From: Prasinococcaceae sp. CCMP 1430
Taxonomy: Eukaryota; Plantae; Prasinodermophyta
Direction: 5' to 3'
Assembly (NCBI GenBank): GCA_013416795.1
Contig: RQSC01000809.1
Coordinates: forward strand, 1 to 6,127
DNA: 6,127 nucleotides
Within the stretch, counting starts at the first letter, position 1, and every line of letters starts with the position of its first letter. A model generated the notes under the pieces. That model was not told where the DNA came from. It made no database searches and was given only the letters and a program-made list of their open reading frames with translations. Of the stretch, positions 1 through 6,127 are shown in pieces. A program made the translations under genes and the position numbers.

Positions 1-192
1 AAGCTGAAGAACAAGCAAGGAGAACCTAAAGGCAATAAGAAGTTGATGATGAAATGGACTGGCCCATGGGTAGTGGTGAAGAAAATCAGTAAGGTGGTTT
101 ATTTGATTAAACCATCTGGAAGAAGAGGAAAGCCCATGACCAGGCATATCAATGACATCCAGAGATGGACAGTTGAGTCAGGGAAGGAATAG
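1..192 (+). CDS. 5'-truncated C-terminus of a Ty3/Gypsy LTR-retrotransposon Pol integrase (GPY/F, SH3-like module)
   Basis: Frame +1 is open from base 1 to TAG at 190-192: KLKNKQGEPKGNKKLMMKWTGPWVVVKKISKVVYLIKPSGRRGKPMTRHINDIQRWTVESGKE*. This fits the gypsy integrase pattern KL.pkW.GP[YFW].V...is.v.Y.i......H[VI]n.l. Not in the ORF track. Confidence 0.85.
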   Translation, partial: KLKNKQGEPKGNKKLMMKWTGPWVVVKKISKVVYLIKPSGRRGKPMTRHINDIQRWTVESGKE

Positions 193-231
193 TGCCATTG
201 AGGGCAATGGCCTTACAACTTTGGGGTGAGC

Positions 232-355
232 TGTAGTAGTCCAGTTGACTACTACCCTGACAAAACTATTTTGTTTCTTCTTGTTTTTTGCAGAGAAAAC
301 TTAATAAGCAGCAAAGCTGCTTAGAAAAGAAGGTAGTGATCCAAAGGACACTACA
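232..355 (+). repeat. Candidate short (124 bp) 3' LTR with TG...CA ends
   Basis: Terminal inverted repeat TGTAGT...ACTACA, extendable to TGTAGT(A)GTCC / GGACACTACA with one bulge, starting 1 nt after the PPT-like tract. The 5' LTR is outside the window and the right boundary is uncertain. Confidence 0.55.
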
Positions 356-427
356 GGGGCCAAAGGCCCAGAAAATATTTGTTTCTTTTCTTTTGTTTTA
401 TTGCTAAGAAAATAATTTTTTTGTAAT

Positions 428-469
428 ATTGGGCTAACGCCCAATGTTCGTAGTTATCTTCATAACCAC
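428..469. repeat. Double-hairpin palindromic element (module A-GTTC-module B)
   Basis: ATTGGGC-TAAC-GCCCAAT (428-445), linker GTTC, GTAGTTA-TCTTCA-TAACCAC (450-469, one mismatch). Confidence 0.75.
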
Positions 470-590
470 AAAACCCAGCAGACGTATTCTATTATTCCTA
501 AATACGAATAAACTATATTAAAAATTAAAAATCTTAGAAAAGAATTACAAAAAAGTATTATTATCAAGTAAAAACAATTACAAAGAAAAC

Positions 591-1931
591 ATGAATTTTT
601 TTAAAAAAATCCGGCGCAAGCGCCGTTATAATAAATACTCTGGCGGACGGTTTTTTATTTATTTGATGAATTATTTTTTTTGTTATTTACCTATCAAAAT
701 ATTTTCCATTTTTTTACCGCCACAAATCTTATTTCATACCTGGTTAGCAAAATGGGTTTTCTATTTGACTTTTCTTTGGCTTTATTTAGGTTTCTCTATC
801 TTAATTTCAGCTTCTTATTATGATGCTTTATTTCATTTTCGATTTGGTTTTTATTATATACGTCGACAATTGGTATGGAGTTTACTAGGTTTCATTGCTT
901 TTAATTTGATTTTACGAACACCTATTGGTTTATTACTAAAATATTCAGAATTAGGTTTCTTTTTTGCATTAATATCTCTGTTTTTTATTTTCAAAAAAGG
1001 TATTGAAATTAATGGTTCACGCCGTTGGTTTTCTATCAAAGGTTTTTTAATACAACCTTCGGAACTTATTAAACCATTATGGGTTATTCAATTAGCAAAA
1101 ATATTCTCCAAATGGGAAAATTTTGATTGGATTGATCGCGTTTTTTGGTTAATGGTTTTTTCTTTTGTTATTTTATTTATTCTACTACAACCGAATTTAA
1201 GTACAGCTGGACTTTACAGTATTATTCTTTGGATGCTTGCTTTATCTGCAGGTTTAACAAAACGTTTTTTATTTGCAATGTTCTTTTTTGGTTTTTTTGT
1301 AGTTTGGTGCAGTATTCAAAAAAATCCTTATCAAAAACTAAGAATTATTTCGTTTCTAAATCCTTGGAATGACCCAAAAGGAAATGGTTATCAGTTAGTT
1401 CAAAGTTTAATAGCAATAGGTTGTGGTCGAATTTTTGGGAGAGGTTATGGTTTTTCAAAACAGAAATTGGGTTATTTACCAATTCATGAAACTGACTTTA
1501 TTTTTTCTGTTTTTGCAGAAGAGTTTGGTTTTCTCGGAATTCTGAGTTTATTTTATTTTTATGGAATTTATATTTTTTTGTGTTTTAAAGTTGCTTTTTA
1601 TTATTCTTTTCCTGTAACTCAATTAATAACATTAGGTTCAATGTTAAGTTTAATAATACAATCGTTTTTTAATATAGGTGTTGCAGTAGGTGCGTTGCCC
1701 ACTACGGGTTTACCTTTACCTTTTTTTAGTTATGGCGGGAATGCTTTAATCGCGTGTTTACTGAACGCAGCATTAATTATTCGTGTAGCAATTGAATCGG
1801 AAATACGTTCTTTTTACCTAAAATTTTTTACTTCCGGTCGCTTGGAAACCACAAAATTCGAAAGAAAGTCAAAGTTGGTTCAAAAAATGCAAAACATTTT
1901 AGCAGCTACTCTCGCAAAGCGAAGTTTATAA
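591..1931 (+). CDS. ftsW: SEDS-family peptidoglycan polymerase / cell division protein FtsW, cyanobacterial-plastid type
   Basis: Polytopic hydrophobic 446-aa ORF with SEDS motifs NGSRRW, IQPSELIK, LLQPNLST, GYQLVQSLIAIGCG, LPIHETDFIFSVFAEEFG (catalytic Asp retained) and LPTTGLPLPFFSYGG. The exact start is uncertain. Confidence 0.93.
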   Translation: MNFFKKIRRKRRYNKYSGGRFFIYLMNYFFCYLPIKIFSIFLPPQILFHTWLAKWVFYLTFLWLYLGFSILISASYYDALFHFRFGFYYIRRQLVWSLLGFIAFNLILRTPIGLLLKYSELGFFFALISLFFIFKKGIEINGSRRWFSIKGFLIQPSELIKPLWVIQLAKIFSKWENFDWIDRVFWLMVFSFVILFILLQPNLSTAGLYSIILWMLALSAGLTKRFLFAMFFFGFFVVWCSIQKNPYQKLRIISFLNPWNDPKGNGYQLVQSLIAIGCGRIFGRGYGFSKQKLGYLPIHETDFIFSVFAEEFGFLGILSLFYFYGIYIFLCFKVAFYYSFPVTQLITLGSMLSLIIQSFFNIGVAVGALPTTGLPLPFFSYGGNALIACLLNAALIIRVAIESEIRSFYLKFFTSGRLETTKFERKSKLVQKMQNILAATLAKRSL

Positions 1932-1959
1932 TTTGTTCTCATATTTAGTGGCTGAAAAC

Positions 1960-2121
1960 TATCGGGCTAACGCCCGATATTTGGTGGCGGCGGGCCGCCA
2001 CGAACATCGAGCTGCCGCTCGATATTTTGCTTCGCGAACATTGGGTTATATTGGACATACGTCCAATTTTGTGGTTGTACTAACCACAAAGCTGATCACA
2101 AACATTGGGCGAATGCCCAAT
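1960..2121. repeat. Cluster of six GC-rich hairpins between the convergent ftsW and ycf23 genes; probably also 3'-end/terminator structures
   Basis: TATCGGGC-TAAC-GCCCGATA (1960-1979); GTGGCGG-CGGG-CCGCCAC (1984-2001); ATCGAGC-TGCC-GCTCGAT (2006-2023); ATTGGAC-ATAC-GTCCAAT (2050-2067); TTTGTGGTT-GTACT-AACCACAAA (2068-2090); ATTGGGC-GAAT-GCCCAAT (2104-2121). Confidence 0.9.
1977..2028 (+). repeat. 52-bp perfect inverted repeat, left copy (partner 3759-3810)
   Basis: ATATTTGGTGGCGGCGGGCCGCCACGAACATCGAGCTGCCGCTCGATATTTT is the exact reverse complement of 3759-3810. Confidence 0.95.
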
Positions 2122-2144
2122 ATATTTATTTCTTTTAACCAAGC

Positions 2145-2951
2145 TCAAGCTCCTAAAGCGCTCACGCGGGCTTGCATTTTTTTTTGCATCATTTGTGAAT
2201 GAACCACAAAGGTTGAGCTTCCGAACTCGGTAGAAAAAGACCGAATCGCTGCGGTCATCGCCATTTCACTATTTAATTTATTAACCGCGGATCCAACACC
2301 AATGCCATTGGCACCACAAATAGAAGCTAAAGGCATGGTAATAGCGTTCATATTCGAAGAACATAAAATAGGTGTTGAATTGTTTTTGGAAAAATAATGA
2401 CAAGCAATGAGTGTGGATGAAGTTTTTTCAATGGAATTTAACATCCCTGATTTTTTATTGATAACCGAATTGGAAAAACCCCCTTCTGTTTGAACTAAAT
2501 TTAGGTCATTTTTTTTTAATAATTCAATAAAAGAAAGAGCCCTATGAATTGGTAATATAAAAGGAATTGTAACTGATAAAGTAGTCTTGGAACTTTTTGC
2601 TCGCAAACGTTCAACCAGATGAAAAATTTCTGCCACACCAAAAAAACGTTTTTGTTCGTAAAAAGTATCAAAATTACCAATTTCAATCATATCCACACCA
2701 TGACTGATTGCACTCACAAATTCTTTGAAATTAATGGCGGAAACGCAAATAGGTAGTTTTGTTAGATTACGAGCAAGAAGTATTAAATCTTTACTTGCTG
2801 CAATATCTAGAAAAGTTGCACCTGCATTACTAGCGGCTGTTACAATTGTAGAAACACTCGGTATATCAAAATTATTTAATCCACTAATGATTTTTACTGC
2901 CGTTTTATTTTGAAGTTTTTCGTTTAAATGTTGATTAATATTAATGCTCAT
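2145..2951 (-). CDS. ycf23: Ycf23 / DUF561 family protein
   Basis: 268 aa with KIISGLNNFD, GATFLDIAA, LPICVSA, MIEIGNFD, LSVTIP, VQTEGG and GIGVGSAVNKLN, the motifs of cyanobacterial and algal plastid Ycf23. Confidence 0.9.
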   Translation of the reverse strand: MSININQHLNEKLQNKTAVKIISGLNNFDIPSVSTIVTAASNAGATFLDIAASKDLILLARNLTKLPICVSAINFKEFVSAISHGVDMIEIGNFDTFYEQKRFFGVAEIFHLVERLRAKSSKTTLSVTIPFILPIHRALSFIELLKKNDLNLVQTEGGFSNSVINKKSGMLNSIEKTSSTLIACHYFSKNNSTPILCSSNMNAITMPLASICGANGIGVGSAVNKLNSEMAMTAAIRSFSTEFGSSTFVVHSQMMQKKMQARVSALGA

Positions 2952-3116
2952 AAATTTGGCGGGTTATATATTAATTATATATTATTGGGTTTTTAAGCCC
3001 TTTCCTTAAAATTTTCTATTTTGTGGATGGTAATCCAACCATAAAGCAACCACAAAATTTTTTCTTTAATTAAGAAAGAAGTTTTGTTTTTTCAATAAAA
3101 AAAAATATTAAAAAAA

Positions 3117-3150
3117 CAAAAAGGCATTAAAAGAATTAAATGCCTTTTTG
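3117..3150. terminator. Stem-loop between psaC and ycf23
   Basis: CAAAAAGGCATT-N10-AATGCCTTTTTG, a 12-bp stem. Confidence 0.4.
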
Positions 3151-3203
3151 GAGTTTGCCTTATTTTTGTGGTTATGATAAAGAAAACAACCACTAAATAT
3201 TGG

Positions 3204-3235
3204 GATTTTGTGGCGGCCCTGGCCGCCACAAAATC
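3204..3235 (-). terminator. Module-B hairpin just downstream of psaC, likely 3'-end stem-loop
   Basis: GATTTTGTGGCGGCC-CT-GGCCGCCACAAAATC, a 15-bp perfect inverted repeat 24 nt after the psaC stop. Confidence 0.6.
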
Positions 3236-3259
3236 TATTATCCATGAAAAGGATTGGAC

Positions 3260-3664
<405 letters not shown>

Positions 3665-3758
3665 CTAACCAATGATAATATACATTATAAATGTTTATTA
3701 TATTAAAATTTTAATGTGCTATGTTGTGGATAAAATAACCACAACAGTTAACGTCGTT

Positions 3759-3824
3759 AAAATATCGAGCGGCAGCTCGATGTTCGTGGCGGCCCGCCGC
3801 CACCAAATATTGGACACACGTCCA
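3759..3824 (-). repeat. 52-bp inverted repeat, right copy (3759-3810), plus adjacent TGGAC-ACAC-GTCCA hairpin
   Basis: 3759-3810 is the reverse complement of 1977-2028. TATTGGACACACGTCCA (3808-3824) differs by one base from TATTGGACATACGTCCA (2049-2065). Confidence 0.93.
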
Positions 3825-3857
3825 CTGCTCGCGAAGCCAAATTGGGAGAATTTTTTT

Positions 3858-4127
3858 ATGAAATCATTCATTTTTCTTTTAAGTTTACCTATTACCTCTG
3901 TATGGGGAATAAAAACAGGTGTTATTATGGTTATTTGTAATTTATTTGCAATTATTATTGGTCGATACGGAATTCAAATAAGAGGAAAAGGTCCGTCATT
4001 ACCAATAAACTTGCCTTCTTATTATGATGGTTTTGGTTTTCCGGAATTATTAGCAACCGCAAGTTTTGGGCATATTTTAGGTGTAGGTCTAATACTCGGC
4101 TTAAGTAATGCAGGTTTATTGAAATAG
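3858..4127 (+). CDS. psaK: Photosystem I subunit PsaK (89 aa)
   Basis: Two TM helices with W..K.G.IM..CNLFAI.IGRY.I...G.GP.LP and FG.PELLATASFGHILG.G.ILGL.N.G.L. GGAG at 3845-3848 precedes the ATG at 3858. Confidence 0.93.
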   Translation: MKSFIFLLSLPITSVWGIKTGVIMVICNLFAIIIGRYGIQIRGKGPSLPINLPSYYDGFGFPELLATASFGHILGVGLILGLSNAGLLK

Positions 4128-4226
4128 GATTGGGTGTCACCCTCAACCTTTGTGTTTTCAATAACCACACGGCACGGCATCTACAAAAAAAGCCCAATAT
4201 TTTGTGAAGGCTAATAATAGAATATC

Positions 4227-4267
4227 ACCACGAACATTGGGGGAATACACAATCTTCTGTTCGTGGT
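4227..4267. repeat. Degenerate hairpin-family element between convergent psaK and clpP-like genes
   Basis: ACCACGAACA ... TGTTCGTGGT 10-bp inverted repeat enclosing a decayed module A (ATTGGGGGAATACACAAT). Confidence 0.65.
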
Positions 4268-4323
4268 TAGATTCCCTTACGATACAACCCGGATATTACT
4301 TATATATTGCCAAAAAAAGATCT

Positions 4324-4995
4324 CTATTTAAAAAATACAGGTTCAATGATATTGTCAATAAAACCTAAATTTAAAGCTTCAAGAGCAGATAAAGTGTACA
4401 TAGTATTTGTATTATTTTCTTCGTTTGGAATTGAAAAATTAGTATGATAAGAGAGTAATTTATAAACTGTTTGTTTTGTTGATAACAATTGTTTTATATT
4501 AATATTTATATCTTCGACAGGACCTTCAACATTAACTTCTTGCTCTTCTGGTTGATTAATTATAATTCTAGAGTTTGGAAAAGCAAACCGTTTTCCTTTA
4601 GTACCTGCAACTAATAATAGTGTACTCATACTCGAAATTTGTCCAAAACATATTGTTGTAATATCAGATTTTATTGATTGCATTGCATCATAAATTGGCA
4701 TACAATCATAAAAAGTACCCCCTGCACCATTTATAAAAAGTTTAATTTCTTTTCCAGAATTCTCTATATCAAAATAATAAAGCGTTTGAACAATCTGATT
4801 CGCTTCTTTATCAGTTATTTCAGAATTTAAAAAAATAATTCGTTCTTTTATAAAATTTGTATGTTTTTTTAATAAATTAATTTTAATAGAATTCATTTTT
4901 TCAAAACCATTCGTATCAGATTTGATAATTAGGTTTTTTGACAAATTTACAAGCATTTCATTTTTTGTCGAAAAAGAAGTTTTTAAAAATACCAT
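4324..4995 (-). CDS. clpP: ClpP-family protease subunit, divergent and probably non-catalytic (223 aa)
   Basis: ERIIFL, ANQIV, IKLFINGAGG, IYDAMQ, TICFGQISSMS, AGTKGKRFAFPNSRIIINQP and SALEALNLGFIDNII. A GGAGA RBS (5002-5006, - strand) lies 6 nt before the ATG at 4995, favouring it over the TTG at 5001. Confidence 0.88.
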   Translation of the reverse strand: MVFLKTSFSTKNEMLVNLSKNLIIKSDTNGFEKMNSIKINLLKKHTNFIKERIIFLNSEITDKEANQIVQTLYYFDIENSGKEIKLFINGAGGTFYDCMPIYDAMQSIKSDITTICFGQISSMSTLLLVAGTKGKRFAFPNSRIIINQPEEQEVNVEGPVEDININIKQLLSTKQTVYKLLSYHTNFSIPNEENNTNTMYTLSALEALNLGFIDNIIEPVFFK

Positions 4996-5071
4996 ACACA
5001 ATCTCCAAAAGTTTTAAATAAATATTATATCTTTAAAATAATATTATTATATTTTCATTAAAAATTTAGCT

Positions 5072-5108
5072 TTTGCTATTGTTTATTATTCCAATAAACA
5101 ATAGCAAA
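5072..5108 (-). terminator. 16-bp stem-loop downstream of the 317-aa ORF
   Basis: TTTGCTATTGTTTATT-ATTCC-AATAAACAATAGCAAA, 29 nt after the stop at 5138. Confidence 0.6.
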
Positions 5109-5137
5109 TTAACCACACTAAAAAATAGAATCGGAAT

Positions 5138-6091
5138 TTATTGGTCATCACTATATTGCATAACGATGTTTAGCAGACCTTCGTTAAATTTTATTGATTT
5201 TTCTAAATCTTTGATTTTTTTTTTTATAATTAGCTCTTGCTTACGGTTTGCCACAAGATTTTTTGCCGCTGATGGAGTAAAATCAAAACTCACACTCGAA
5301 CTTGTACCTGAATTCACCTGTAATAAAGTAATTTCTTTAATTGCTTCTTCTCTCACGGCCTTTTGTTTTTCTACTATTTCACTTTTTTCGTTAACCAATT
5401 TTTTATGTTTCTGTTTTAAACTTGCTTTTATTTCGGTTGGCGCCTGAATTGCGTTTTCATCGATCAACTGGTGATTCTCTAAATAATACGCGTAAATCGC
5501 ACCAGAATATCTTTCCTGGGCAGCCGATGGCTGAGTTACATTCACATCGTTAACCTGAGATTCTTCAACATGTGGCGGAATGAACGGAATTTCTGTATAA
5601 GTATTTGGTAAATTATCATGAATTACCCGAGCTCTGCCTTCTAGTATCATTTGTTGAACCTGCTGTTCCGTTAAAGTAGGTTGATTCCCACCCGGACCTC
5701 CACCATCATTTTCATCTGGAAGAGCGTTTTGTCTTTGACGTATCCCATCAGGATCCCGCGTAAGACCAACAAACATATGGTTTCCACCTTTTCCATCTTT
5801 ATCCTCATAAGTCTCAACCCCCGCATACATTTCGAATCCCGAATTTGCATCTGATTCTGTTTTTATTACCGCAATATAATCCATACCAATAGGTAAACTG
5901 ATTTGATAACCTTTACCATCCGGACTTTTTTTGATTGGATTCGAAAGTGGATGACTTGTCATCACATTGATGTGATCTGCAAATTCTATGTTGAGATTTA
6001 ATCTTATACGGCTCTCTTTGATATCAGAAGCTTTGAATGGTATAAGTAAAAAAATTGCTGTAGAGATTAATAATGAACTAAAATAATTCAT
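5138..6091 (-). CDS. Hypothetical protein (317 aa): signal-peptide-like N-terminus, Gly-rich linker, charged helical C-terminus
   Basis: A 954-nt uninterrupted ATG-TAA frame in AT-rich DNA, with a downstream stem-loop. No family recognised. Confidence 0.7.
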   Translation of the reverse strand: MNYFSSLLISTAIFLLIPFKASDIKESRIRLNLNIEFADHINVMTSHPLSNPIKKSPDGKGYQISLPIGMDYIAVIKTESDANSGFEMYAGVETYEDKDGKGGNHMFVGLTRDPDGIRQRQNALPDENDGGGPGGNQPTLTEQQVQQMILEGRARVIHDNLPNTYTEIPFIPPHVEESQVNDVNVTQPSAAQERYSGAIYAYYLENHQLIDENAIQAPTEIKASLKQKHKKLVNEKSEIVEKQKAVREEAIKEITLLQVNSGTSSSVSFDFTPSAAKNLVANRKQELIIKKKIKDLEKSIKFNEGLLNIVMQYSDDQ

Positions 6092-6127
6092 AAGTGCTAA
6101 TATTTTTTTTTTTTAATTGTATTTTAA

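Larger units (their letters stand above)
1..355 (+). mobile_element. 3' end of a Ty3/Gypsy-like LTR retrotransposon (integrase end, PPT-like tract, candidate 3' LTR)
   Basis: Order is integrase stop (192), purine-rich GGGGTGAG (223-230), then TGTAGTAGTCC at 232 and GGACACTACA ending at 355. Hand count gives ~42% GC over 1-360 and no CpG. Confidence 0.75.

Noticed and set aside
854-1372. ORFs 854-1039 (-) and 1145-1372 (+)
   Set aside because: Antisense or alternate-frame shadows inside ftsW.
1960-2121. Possible CRISPR array, integron attC sites or tRNA in the hairpin cluster
   Set aside because: There are no identical repeats with constant-length spacers, no cas or integrase gene, and no cloverleaf or T-loop consensus.
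1933-2202. 89-aa ORF on the + strand
   Set aside because: It runs through the GC-rich palindrome cluster and overlaps ycf23 antisense, with a TTG start. It is open because of repeat composition.
2725-2913. 62-aa + strand ORF
   Set aside because: Antisense shadow of ycf23.
3672-3857. 62-aa N-terminal extension of PsaK
   Set aside because: It crosses repeat DNA. The RBS plus ATG at 3858 gives a normal-length PsaK.
3955-4197. 80-aa - strand ORF
   Set aside because: Antisense to psaK, with no recognisable motif.
5073-5447. 124-aa hydrophobic + strand ORF
   Set aside because: Antisense to the K/E-rich end of the 317-aa ORF, which explains its F/L/S bias. It starts inside a stem-loop.

Overview
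Positions ~421-6127 look like an AT-rich plastid genome segment. It holds ftsW (+), ycf23 (-), psaC (-), psaK (+), a degenerate clpP-like gene (-) and an unknown 317-aa ORF with a signal-peptide-like N-terminus (-). The combination ftsW + ycf23 + clpP best fits a glaucophyte muroplast (inference). The first ~420 bp are different: ~42% GC over 1-360 and no CpG before position 438. They encode the C-terminus of a Ty3/Gypsy-type integrase (GPY/F module), missed by the ORF track, followed by a purine-rich tract and a candidate 124-bp TG...CA LTR. The window is therefore a retrotransposon-plastid DNA junction: a recent NUPT, an LTR element inside a plastid genome, or an assembly chimera. The plastid spacers contain a modular family of GC-rich double-hairpin elements with compensatory stem changes. 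Two copies form a perfect 52-bp inverted repeat bracketing ycf23-psaC.
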